A DNA stretch of 64,000 nucleotides, taken from Octopus vulgaris. Taxonomy: Eukaryota. The first letter of the stretch is position 1. Every line of letters starts with the position of its first letter. The DNA is taken from contig OX597829.1 of the NCBI GenBank assembly GCA_951406725.2, positions 52,700,001-52,764,000 of the forward strand. The letters run 5' to 3'. Positions 36,382-48,835 of the stretch are shown here, one piece after another. The notes under the pieces are model-generated. The model searched no databases and was not told the DNA's origin. It saw only the letters and a program-made list of their open reading frames with translations. A program made the translations under genes and the position numbers.

Positions 36382-37022
36382 GTAAGTATATATTTTTCTG
36401 GATATATTCAGTGATAATATTCTAATGGTAAATAGGGAGCTGGGGTGGACAGGAAGAATTGGTTGAGAATATGACTAACGTGTCTTGTCACTCTATGCTC
36501 ATCATCAACATTTAATGTTCATTTTCCTTGTTGGCATGGGTTGGCAGAGTTTAAAATTCTGTGATGGTTGAGTTTGCCTCCCCTATTTCTGCAATCAATA
36601 AACTAAGTACTAAGTGAGCCACAGTTCTTACCATGTACACCTACACTCTCTCTCTCTTTTTCTCTCTTTCTCTCTCTCTTTTTCTCTCTTTCTCTCTTTC
36701 TCTCTCTCTTTCTCTCTTTTCTCTCTCTCTCTCTCTCAAATACCACTAAGCATTTTATCTAGCATGCTAACGATTCTGCCAGTTCACCATCTTAATAATA
36801 ATAATATTATTATTATTAATAATAATAATAATGAAATGCTTAGCTGCTGCTTTTTCTTCATGGGACAACATCTGTAGTGTGTTTTCTGTTTTGATATTAT
36901 GCTGCTGTAATACTTCTGCTGTTCTTATGAATTTGAACAATTATTTTCCTTGATTTTCAAAGGTCAAATTTGTTACTTTTAGAATTTCTTTCATTAGATT
37001 TGACTCCTCTCTCTCTCTCTCA

Positions 37023-37060
<38 letters not shown>

Positions 37061-37061
<1 letters not shown>

Positions 37062-39120
37062 CATGGTGGTGGAACACGGTGGTTGACGGGGCTATTAGAC
37101 AAAAGAGACAGGCTTGGAAGGACTGGAAGAACGGTGGTAGCAGGGAATTGTATCAGACAGCCAAAAGGGAAGCTAGGAGACAGGTTTATTTAGCCAGAGG
37201 GGAAGCGGATAAGAAAAAATTTGCCAATGTTCTGAGCCGTGAGGATGAAAGACTTGAGGTATTTCGTGTTGCAAGACAGTGTGTGAGAGAGAATCGTGAT
37301 GTGGTAGGAGAGAAGTGTGTTCGCATGGATGATGGTTCACTTGCGCTAAATGAGGATGCAAAGAGAGAGGTTTGGAGATGCCACTATGAAAGTTTGCTGA
37401 ATAAAGAAAATGAATGGGATAAAGAGAGTCTGCCAAATGTTGACCCAACAGAGGGACCAGCTATCCGAGTTGATAGTTCCGTGGTAGCTAAGGCAATTAG
37501 AAGCATGAAGACAGGGAAAGCCCCAGGCCCATCAGGAATTACTGCAGAGATGCTCAAAATATCTGGCAGTGTCGGCTATAACCTAGTCACCCGTATAGTC
37601 AACCAGGTGATACACGAAGGAGTCATACCCAATGACTGGTGTAGCAGCATACTAGTCAACTGCTACAAAGGTAAAGGTGATGCCCTGGATACAAATAATT
37701 ACAGAGGTATCAAGCTGTTGGATCAGGTAATGAAGGTTACGGAGAGGGTCATAGCCCAACTAATTAGAGAGAGAGTTAGTTTAGATGAGATGCAGTTTGG
37801 GTTTGTCCCAGGGAAAAGCACCACTGATGCTATATTCCTGGTAAGGCAGCTGCAGGAGAAATACCTAGCCAAGGATAAGCCCCTGTACCTGGCTTTCGTT
37901 GACATGGAGAAAGCCTTTGATAGGGTCCCCCGATCCCTCATCTGGTGGTCAATGAGGAAACTAGGGATAGATGAATGGCTGGTGAGGGCTGTGCAAGCCA
38001 TGTACAGAGATGCCGTAAGTAAGGTTAGAGTTGGCAACATGTACACAGAAGAATTCAAAGTAGAGGTTGGGGTCCACCAGGGTTCAGTACTCAGCCCCCT
38101 CCTATTTATCATAGTCCTCCAGGCAATAACGGAGGAATTCAAGACAGGTTGCCCCTGGGAGCTCCTCTATGCTGACGACCTCGCTCTAATCGCTGAGTCA
38201 CTATCAGAACTGGAGGAGAAGTTCCAGGTGTGGAAGGAGGGTTTAGAATCGAGGGGCCTTAGAGTCAACCTAGCTAAAACCAAAGTACTAATAAGTAGAA
38301 AGGTAGAAAACCCACAAATATCCTCAGGAAGATGGCCCTGCTCGATCTGTAGAAAAGGTGTAGGTAGAAACTCTATAAGATGTACCCAGTGTAAGCTATG
38401 GACACATAAGAGGTGCAGCAATGTCAAAGGTAGGCTAACTGGGAAGATAGTTTTTGTATGTGGCAGGTGCTCTGGAGCATTGACCTCCGAAAATCTGCAG
38501 AAAACAACTTCTGTCACTTTCCGGGGGAAAAACTAGAAGTAGTTGATAGCTTCCGCTATCTAGGTGACCAAGTCAGTAGTGGGGGTGGGTGCGCTGAAAG
38601 TGTAACTGCTAGAATAAGAATAGCCTGGGCAAAGTTTAGGGAGCTCTTACCTCTGCTGGTGACTAAAGGCCTCTCGCTCAGAGTAAAAGGCAGACTGTAT
38701 GATGCATGTGTACGAACAGCTATGCTACATGGCAGTGAAACATGGGCCGTGACTGCTGAGGACATGCGTAAGCTCGTGAGGAACGAAGCCAGTATGCTCC
38801 GATGGATGTGTAATGTCAGTGTACTTACTCGACAGAGCGTTAGTACCTTGAGAGAAATGTTGTACCTAAGAAGCATCAGTTGTTGTGTGCAAGAGAGACG
38901 ATTGCGCTGGTATGGTCATGTGGCGAGAATGGATGAAGATAGGTGTGTGAGAAAGTGCCAATCCCTAGCAGTTGAGGGAACCCGTGGAAGAGGTAGACCC
39001 AGGAAAACCTGGGACGAGGTGGTGAAGCACGACCTTCGGACGTTAGGTCTCACCATGGAAATGACTAGAGACCGAGACCTATGGAAGTATGCTGTGCGTG
39101 AGAAGACCCGGCAAGACTAG
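37061..39120 (+). pseudogene. RTE reverse transcriptase ORF, endonuclease missing, one frameshift near 38522-38532, PHD-like insert 38339-38470
   Basis: ORFs 37022-38536 and 38458-39120 join at ccgggggaaaaactag. Confidence 0.85.
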
Positions 39121-39744
39121 TGAAGCCATAATCCGTGGCCCCTACCTGGGACGTAGTCAGTCCACCTGTGCATACCTTCCTTCTTGTGACACTTGTGAAG
39201 ACCTGTTGAGGCAAGTGCGAATCGAATCGTATCGAATCAAATCGAACCAAATCAAAATAGATGAACATCAATGGAATTTGTATCCTTGTGGTACCAGTGC
39301 CGGTGGCACATAAGAAAACCATCCGAACGTGACCGTAGCCAGTACCGCAATGACTGGCCTCCGTGCTGAGGGCACGTAACAAACACCATCCGAGCGTGGC
39401 CGTCCGCCAGCCTCGTCTGGCACCTGTGTCGGTGACACATAAGAAAACACCATCCGAGCGTGGCCGTCTGCCAGCCTCGTCTGGCACCTGTGTCGGTGGC
39501 ACATAAAAAACACCATCCGAGCGTGGCCGTCTGCCAGCCTCGTCTGGCACCTGTGTCGGTGGCACATAAAATCACCCACTACACTCTCGGAGTGGTTGGC
39601 GTTAGGAAGGGCATCCAGCTGTAGAAACACTGCCACATCTGACTGGCCTGGTGCAGCCTTCGGGCTTCCCAGACCCCAGTTGAACCGTCCAACCCATGCT
39701 AGCATGGAAAGCGGACGTTAAACGATGATGATGATGATGATGAT
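37061..39744 (+). mobile_element. 5'-truncated RTE-clade LINE inserted in a (TA)n microsatellite
   Basis: RT motifs KAPGPSG, YKGKGD..NYRGI, QFGF, FVDMEKAFD, GVHQGSVLSP, YADD, FRYLG; 3' UTR with tandem units and (GAT)n tail. Confidence 0.95.
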
Positions 39745-40716
39745 ATATATATATATATATATTTATATTTAAATAAATGTCAGGAGGCACAACTGGTGTG
39801 TGTGTGTGTGTGTGTATATATATTGTGTTTGTGTGTATTTATGTATATACAGACTAACCCATTACTATTTTCATAAGATCTGTTTTTGGTTTATGAGGAA
39901 TTTGTCAAATAAATACCCTTATGATACTTCCTAGTGGCTTCTGTCAGTCTGGATTGACCAGGTATATGCACCTGTGTTTAGGGTATATGGTATTTTGTAT
40001 ATCCAATCTAAAGCAGTGAGAACAAGGATGATGAAGTTGATGGAATAGCAGCAGAGGACTGATTAATCAAAGATTCTAATTCCTGTCCTGACTTACTGTG
40101 TTGTTATCAGGGCCAGGAAGCTTAACCCTCAACAGTTTAGCTCTAAATGCACTTGCAGATACTGAGTGGATGGACAGAGAACAAACTGCCAACGACCAGG
40201 ATCAACCAGTCCAGTTAGTGAACAACTGCTATCATCTGAGGTCCTGGTATGCACAGATGAGATGTTTCAGCTAGTGAAAGACCAGTATGACTTAATATCC
40301 AGGGCCAGACATTCATGTTTCATTGCTTGATCAAAACGTGTGGCATGGAGGGGGTTACATTGGTCTGGGCAAATCACCTGACAGGGATAGATGGATGGGG
40401 TATAGCATTAATGTTCACTGCTCCAAGAAGTGGGAACACTTTTTAAGTGCTTCATTAGGTTGCAGTGTTGAGTTGAGTGGCTCTTGTGAATGGAGAAAAG
40501 CATCACCACCACCATCATTTTAATGTCCAATTTTCTATACCTGCATGAGTCAGGTGGAGTATATTACGGAAGATCTTTTTATACGAGATGCCCTTCCTGT
40601 TGCCAACTCCCACCTGTTTTTCCAAGCAAAGTAATGGTTCCCTGTGGCCAGACATGCTTTCACAGAATACCAGAAACAAAAGACCAGCTAACACTTGATG
40701 TTGAGGAAGGAAAAAC

Positions 40717-40749
<33 letters not shown>

Positions 40750-41627
40750 GACTTCTTTCAATTTCTGTTGACTGAATCCATTCACAAAGCTTTGAGGGTC
40801 CCACAGTAGAAGATACTTGCCCTAGGTGCCACAAAGTGAGACTGAACCTGAAACCATGTGGCTGGGAAGCAAACTTCATAACCGTACAGCCAAGCCTGGA
40901 CCTAATTAGAACCTAATACAAAACCTTACTAGTATGTTCCTTCTCTTAGTCCTCAGTAGTGTTTCTAATGACATGATAATGCTTACAGTGAATGTCTACT
41001 TGTCCTTTAGAGAGTGGACAGGGGGCTTTTTATAGAGCACCAGCACTTGTGAGGTCGACAAGTAACTTGCAAGAGAAGATATCTTCAAAGACTGGGGTTC
41101 AGTATTGAGGGAGGTGGTTTTGTGCCGGGTGTTGAGTCTAAAATAGGGGTGAGGGGACAGGAAAAGGTGTCTTGCTGCAGAAGAGGTAACTATCCCGGCA
41201 GGGAAGGAGGAAAGTATGTTGGAAATAAGATATTGGGGCACATTAAGGTGCCCTTGTTCCTCCACTCTTGTTGTTTGACTTGGCTTAAAAGATCCACTGT
41301 GTGATGGTTTCCTCGTGGCATTCTAATTAAATGTTCCTAAACCAGAGCTGTGGCCTCTCAATGTGCAGAAGTAGTTTGTTCAACTGTGAGAGAGAGACCC
41401 TGATCTTTGAGCATTTGCTCCCTGTCGAAATATGTTACTCCAGGGATCCTTTGGAGGAAGAACCCCAGGCCACTTGTGTTTGTGATTGTTGACTATCTAT
41501 TATAATATGAAATTGTTTTGTTTTTTTTTTATATATAAGCTTCAAAACTTTCTTTGTTAATAATATATATATTCAGTTCAGTTTGTCACGGCATTATTAT
41601 TTTTTTTGTCTGTTTTCTCCTTTGAAG

Positions 41628-41703
41628 GAATCAAATACATGTGATATAATTCCACAAAACTCAGAGAAGACATTGGCAGAATCTGAATTTAAACCACAAT
41701 CTG
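41628..41703 (+). CDS. CEP170: CEP170-like coding exon (phase 0-1)
   Basis: Pyrimidine tract plus aag acceptor, TCTG/gtaagt donor, ESNTCDIIPQNSEKTLAESEFKPQS; needed to join the flanking exons in frame. Confidence 0.8.
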
Positions 41704-42599
41704 GTAAGTAATTCCTTTATGCAGTTGGTTCTTTTCGTCTGCCCCCTTTTTTTTCTCTCTCTTTTATTGCCTGTAACTGCCTTTGATGCGGTCATGGGCA
41801 ACCTACAGCTTGTAGAACTTTCTGAATGGCTCACCTATGCAATCACCGGCAACTTGTGGCTTGTGGAACTTAACCGAATAACTCACCTAACAAAAAATTA
41901 CCTTGAATTTTTTTCTAGTAGTGCAGACCATCTAACATCTCGTATGATCCCCTTTTCAAAAAATCTTGCCCATGCCTGATCAAAGATTTATATCAGAAAG
42001 ACATACATTTGATCATCATCATCATTTTTTAAATTTTTTCTCTAAACTAGTAAGGGCTGGAGGGTTCAGTGTAATACTGTATTGTCAGTGCATTCGTTTT
42101 CCTTGTCTATAACCGTAACAAACCATAAGATCTCACCACTACTTCACAAGTTTTGTTTTGTCCCTTTGTGTGTTGTGGTTACCTCCCATTGATATTGCAT
42201 GGCTCCCACTACATTGCACACTCAAACTTGAACATAAACAGGGTGTACTGTGTTATAAATTTCTACCTTAATCCATATGTATTTAAACTGGTCGTATTCA
42301 ACCAAAATATTCTACCTGTTTAATGTTCAAACCAGCCAGGTGCAGCTTCACACATTAACCCTACAACAAACCTACAAAACTAAACAATCACATCATTGAA
42401 ATCTGAAAGCTATGAGATAATGCACAATTAATTCAAAACAATGTGAATAAATAAGTTATTGCATTTGACAGAGTTGTCTGAATATTACAGAGTTAAATAT
42501 CTGAAAAAGCAACAGATATTCAGGAAACTTCTCATGTGGTTCCAGTGGAAATTGAAACCACATCACTGTTTTGGCTTGCTTGGATTCTTGCCTTATGCC

Positions 42600-43046
42600 T
42601 TAACCCTTTTGATACCAACCTGACTGAAACCGCCTCTGGTTCTGTTCTCTTGTTTACAAATGTTTTGAATTAAAATCTTAGTCACAATTTATGTTCTTAA
42701 CACTAACTTAATGATAACTAATTTATTTTACTAAATTCTTTATATTTAAAATTAATTGAATGAAACACAGAGCATCTCAACAGAAATACGGTAACAAAAA
42801 GGTTAACAAATGATTAATTTAACCCTTTTGATAACAACTTATCTGAAACCACCTCTTGTTCTGTAGCACAAATGTCCTGTTTTCAAAAGTTTTAAATTAA
42901 AATCTTCCACTGAACCTTAATCACTATTTATGTTCCTAACATTAGCTGAATGATATCTGTTATTTTACTAAATTATTGGTTATATTTAAATTTAATTGAA
43001 AGAAACACAGAGCATCTCAACAGAAATACGATAATGAGAGGGTTAA
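42600..43046 (+). mobile_element. Tandem pair of piggyBac-like MITEs (42600-42806, 42819-43046)
   Basis: TTAA-ccctttt...ggTTAA ends, homologous bodies; related minus copy at 49955-50181. Confidence 0.75.
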
Positions 43047-43859
43047 AAGGCCATTTTGATAAGACGTGTTAAACTTTCTGACTTTATTTAACTATGATCA
43101 AAATGTGATTATTGTTGACTCTGTTGTTGTTATTGAGCCCTATGTCTGATATGATTCAGTAAACATGTGATCAAAGATATTCCATTTGGGATCATTCTGT
43201 ATTTTTCTTCAACAAATAAGTATCAATTTTGGAGGTTGTAGGGCGAAATTTGAGGGAGATTTGGTTGCTTTTCCCAGCAGTTGAGTAACTGCACAGGTTA
43301 GGTTTGGGAATCTTTTTTTTACTAATGGAGGGAATTGTGATGTTCCTGTGTGTTGAAAAATAATGAAACTTTAATTTTGCAAATTTATAACTATGTAATT
43401 CATTTGCTAGTTTGATTTGAAAGAGTAAACTGTCTTACCATCCACTACCACCACCACTATCATCATCATCATCATCATTTAACATCCATGTTCTATGCTA
43501 GCATGAGTTGGATGATTTGACAGAATCTGATGACTCCAAGGTCTGCATTGTGCTCCACTGTCAGCTTTGGTATGATTTCTATGTCTGGATGCCCTTCCTA
43601 ATGCCAGCCACTTCACAGTGTGTACTAAATGCTTCCTCTTGTGACACCAGCACTAGTGAGGGGTCACCAAGTAACTGGCAAGACAGGAGAAGTAAAAGCC
43701 CTCTACCTTATGAAGTTTATAAACTTTGTCAGCAAGTGGGCAGAATGTGGGCAAAATTTTTCTAATCTCTGGCATGAAGATTTCTTCATTATCTTGAAAA
43801 CAATGTGATTGTGCAATTTGCACAATAAGAAATACTTGAAAACTAATGTTAATGTTTGC

Positions 43860-44217
43860 TCTCTTTTATTTGTTTTAGTCATTGGACTGCAGCCATGTTA
43901 GGGCACTGCCTTGAAGGGTCTAGTCAAGCAAATTTGATCCCAGTACTTATTTTTTAAGCTATCAGTCTTTTCTTGAGCCACTAAGTTATGAGGATATAAG
44001 CCAACCAATACCAGCTAAGTAGTCATGCAACACAAACACAGAAAACACATAGATATGCATACACACACACACACACACACACATATGTATATGACTGGCT
44101 TCCATCTATCAAATCTACTTATACTAGCAGACACTTCCACAAGGTGCCATGGAGTGGTACTGAACCTAAAACCATGTGGTTGTGAAACAGACTTCTTACC
44201 ACATAACCACACCTGCA
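43860..44217 (-). mobile_element. Family A SINE
   Basis: Reverse-strand head and tail motifs. Confidence 0.75.
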
Positions 44218-44332
44218 TCGAAATATATATTTCTTTATGCTTATCTATAGAATGTTGCATCTTTATTGATTTTCTTTTTGAACAATGAATTAAAAATGAA
44301 TTTGTTTCTTTTTTTTTTTTTTCTCTCTACAG

Positions 44333-45915
44333 AGTCAAGTGGATCATCTCCATTGGTATCCAAGCCTCCTTTGGGATGTCCAAGAAAACGAGCGGGTACA
44401 GGAAGAAAACTGCCTTCATTACCCGCTGAATCTGGAGTGCCTCCAAGCAGCAAACCTCAAAAGCAAACTACTCCTCAAAAGAAAGAGGAAAAATGGACCT
44501 CCTCTGATGTTGGCAAGAAAAAAAAATCGTTTTTAACTTCGAATCAGAGCAATGGTGGTAATCGAACAAGAAGTAAAGTTGACACAGACCATGATACAGA
44601 TAGATTGTTAAAAGATACAGAAACTGCCATGGCTGCTCTGGAAGCTAGAGTGACGAATCCTAGCATATCACAAGGCACTGATGGGTCCGAGTCAGATGTT
44701 TCTTCAAATACAAACTATAATTTTAGCAAAAACAGTGCACTTCGCTCTAGCAATCGGAGCCTTTCTGATCAGCCTAGTAGTCGTAAATCTTCATTCTCTG
44801 ATAATGCAAAACCAAAAGCTTCATCCAAAAATGTAATAAATTCCAAAGAGAGGAACCCTCCAATTCAAAGAAATTATTCTAAGGGAAGTGAGAAAGGGTC
44901 AATAAGTTCAGATATTACAAGTGAATCTGAAGCCCTTGAAACCATGAGCAATAATTCTGACTTTAGTTTGGAATGTGGTAGTGAAGGAGATGGTTATAAC
45001 CGCCGTGGCTCCAAAGGTAAAGGTGGCATTTCTATGACCAGACCAAACAGAGCATTCCAACTTAGACAAGCAAAAGCTCGTGGTGCTGAGGTAGTGGATA
45101 AACCCCCACCTCATTCTGGGAGTGGTAGGGGAACATCATTAAGTAGTACAGTTTCTAAAGCTAGTATGGTTAAAGGTAAGGTTAAAAGAGTCAATTCTGT
45201 AAATTTGCCTGCGGAAAGATTATCAGAAACTCAACGGAGTACTGGTCTTAGCACAGAATCCATCCACAAAAGTTATGAAAACATTAAAGGGAGTTCAAAT
45301 TTCATGAGAACTGATGGTGGACGGTACAGTCTTAGAGTCAGACGGTCTGCTTCTACTTCTACTCCAAGAAACTCCAATGAATCATCGCGTATAAGATCAG
45401 AATTAAAATCAACCAAATCACAGCTGAAAGCTGCACATAGCACACCCGGACTGAATATTGTCAGCCTTTCTAGTAAAAGTAATTCACAGCCGACTAGTCG
45501 TTCAAATTCTCCAAGATCTGTTGATAAAAATAATCTGAAGCGACGTAAGGAATTTAACCAACGACAGCAGAAATCTTCAACGGGCAATTTGAGTTCAGGA
45601 TCTTCTACCGACACGAAAAACACAAAAACTCAAGGGTCAGCATCTAAAGCTGAATGTTCTGAAGTGTCGATAAATAGTCGAATGATTCGGTCTGCATCTT
45701 TGGAGTTGTCGAAATACAAGAACTCTGTAGATGCAGTCTCTTCACAAAAAAGTTCATCAAGATCGTATCGAGATGTATCCAATATTGGTGAAGATCGTAT
45801 CAAAAGTGGTTTTGTACCTTACAGTGGACTAGGAACATTCCAAAGTTGCCTTCGCCATCCAGAGGAATTTGATTATGGTAATGAAGAGAGGTTACTACTT
45901 CCGAAATCTATGCAG
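44333..45915 (+). CDS. CEP170: CEP170-like large Ser/Lys/Arg-rich coding exon (phase 1-0)
   Basis: Long ORF; acceptor ctacag, donor CAG/gtattt; motifs LLKDTETAMAALEAR (CEP170 LLKDTEAVMAFLEAK-like), RPNRAFQLRQA, RTDGGRYSLR. Confidence 0.92.
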
Positions 45916-48792
45916 GTATTTTTGTTTGTTTTTGTTTTGTTGTTTTTTTTAATTACTTGTGTTGCCCTTCCCCTCAAGTTTTACCTCCGTTATATTTATT
46001 ACCTGTTGGTCATTTGTTAGTTGCTTCTTGTTATGGGAATGTTAACAGAGTGAAATTTTTAACTGTTTTCGTATGTTTTGTTGCTGTCAGTTATAAGGCA
46101 GATGAAACTATTGGTCATCAGAAACATTTTAAATGCATTTTTCTACGAGTCTTTGTTTTCTTTATTTTCAGTGAACATTTTGGGAAAAGTTCTGTTTTTT
46201 TTTTGTTGTCAAATTAATTTCTTTCCTTTCTCTTCCTCTGCCAGCTCTTTCCAACTGTTTCTCTTTCGTTATCTATGGCCCCTTGTTTTTCTTCAACTTA
46301 TTCTTTTCTTCTCTTACATCTGCTTTTCTCATTTTCTTTCAATTTTTTTTTCTCTCTTCTTTCTATTCTTCTCTCGTTTTTCCTTCTGTTGCCAGGTTTC
46401 ATAGAATTGTAAGCTACCAGGAGCTTGATAACATGCAAATGAATTCTGAGAATGAAATTTTTATTTAATCATTTATTTATTTTCATGAAATACAAGCAAA
46501 TGGATACTAAGAAGACAGTGTTTTCTGTTAAAAAAAAAAAAAAAACGGGGGAAAAAAGGAAGAATCAATACCTTAATGAAATTATCTCCTTGATGATTTT
46601 TGTATTTTCTTAAGGAAAGAATCGTAACATTCATCAAACAAGCTTTTTCCAACATTGTAAAAAAAAAAGTTGCAACATTGTTACATTTCGTTTGTTGTTC
46701 ATGTCTTGAATCACTTTCAGTGTTGACTACTATGGCTGTTAAACACCAAAATTCCAGGTAACTGGTGGTAGGTCTGTAGAGCAAAAAATCAGGAGTGTGT
46801 GTTAACATTCCCAGCAGGCACCCTTTTTTTTTTTTTTTTTTTCTCTGCTCATACCTCACTAACATTATCCAGTTTTGAAACTTTGCTTAACTTTGATTAC
46901 TTCAATCATCATCATTAGTTATCATTTTCAGAATCATATTGTCATCTTTTATGATTATACAGTGGTTTTGGGTTAAATACCTGTGCACTGGACTTTAGAC
47001 AGGTGTCTTCTATCATAGCCTTTAGTTGACTAAATGCTTTGTGAGTGAAGTTTTACTGAGAGAAAATATGTAGAAGCATTACGTGTGTGTGTGTGTGTGT
47101 GTGTGTTGGTACTTAGATTAAATGCCACAAGATATTTTTATTCAATCTTAGCTGCCCTGATATTTTCTGTGTTATTCTCTTCATTGGAATAAAATTGCAG
47201 TGAACCTGCAATTTATGTTATGAAAGAAAAATTTAAGGATTAGGAGTAGAAACCTTAAGGCATTGCCATCAGAAATTAAATAAATGGTCAAATCTTAAAA
47301 AAAAAAATCTATTAATATGGCAAAAGACTGTGTGTAATTTTACATTGGCATAAAATGTAAGAGTTGCACCTTTTGATGCAAGTCTGAAATGCCACTCTAA
47401 CGTCGGAAAATGGCAATTTTTAAACAAAACCCACTCAAAGGTTTTATTGTTGTGAAACCAGGATTTTTTATACCTGAATAATTTTGGTATTAACCTGGAA
47501 TCTGACGATGTTGATAGCCCAGAGCTTGTGTTGAGTGCTGCATTGAAAATAGCATATCTTTCTACCCTACCGGGACCTTATATGCATACATACTTGTATG
47601 TGCGCACACACACAAAACATTCATCATTATAATCATTGTTTAATATCCATTTTTCCATGCTGGCATGGGTTGGACAGTTTGACATGGAATTGGCCAGCAG
47701 TGGAACTGTTCAAACTACAATTGTCTGTTGTGAGATGGTTTCTATGACTGGATGCTCTTCCTAATGCCAACCATCTTACAGAGTGTGCTGGGTGCTTTTT
47801 ATGTGGCACTGGCACCTATAAAGGGTAAACCTACGTGTATGGAAGACAGCAATTCTACTTAGCTTGACGCATCTTTTCAAGTACAGCAAATCACATCTCT
47901 GTCCTTTGTCATTCCTTCAGTGAGGCCCAATGTCCAAAGATCCTTATTATGGAATTAGAGGTCTCTTATAGATCAAAGTAGGGACTAAAGAAAGACAAAC
48001 ATATCCTGGATCAATAATCAGTTTTACCCAAACAAACCTTCACCAACAGGCTATTAGTAAATCTGTGTAAAAATAAGAGATTAATTCTTTGGAATTCTTC
48101 AATGTAAGAGTTATCCAACTTGAAATTTATTGACTGTAGTTTTATGTCTATTTCTTTGATGCCACAAAGCTTGTTTGATAGAATCATTAGATGTCTTTTA
48201 TCTTTTACTTCTTCCAATTGTGAGCTTTGGCCATGCTGGGGCACTGCCTTGAAAGAATTTAGCTGAACAAATCCCCCTTTCCCCCTCACCAGTACATTTT
48301 CTTTTAAGGCTGGTACTTATTCTATTGGTCTGTTTTGTTGAACCACTAAGTTACTGGGACATAAACAAACCAACACACTGGTGGTCAAAGGTGGTGGGGC
48401 ACTAACACAAGCACATTATATACACACATACAGAATACATGTATGTATATGTGTGTGTATGAGGGAATGGGCTTCTTTCAGTTTCCACCAGCCAAATCTA
48501 CTCGCAAGGTCTGTGGCTAGAGTAGAAGATACTTGCCCAAGGTGCTATGCAGTGGGACTGAACCTGGAACTGTGTATTTGGGAAATAAACATCTTATGCA
48601 GCCACTCCTACTTTACATGTACCACCCAAAAATTCTTTTGTTTACTTCTAAAGATAGATCTTATTAGAGTTGGGTGTATATAATTTTTTTTTTTTTTTTT
48701 GAATGCTTTGAATTTTATCTCAGGATTTATGGGGAAACATGATTTCTGCAACTGCATCTGTGACAGGAATACCACATATGCATGCAGGTGCT

Positions 48793-48835
<43 letters not shown>

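Noticed and set aside
37022-37060. ATG start of the RT ORF
   Set aside because: Lies in the flanking (TA)n; the element is 5'-truncated and lacks the APE endonuclease
39290-39570. CRISPR-like repeat array
   Set aside because: Whole units are duplicated with no unique spacers; part of the LINE 3' UTR in eukaryotic DNA
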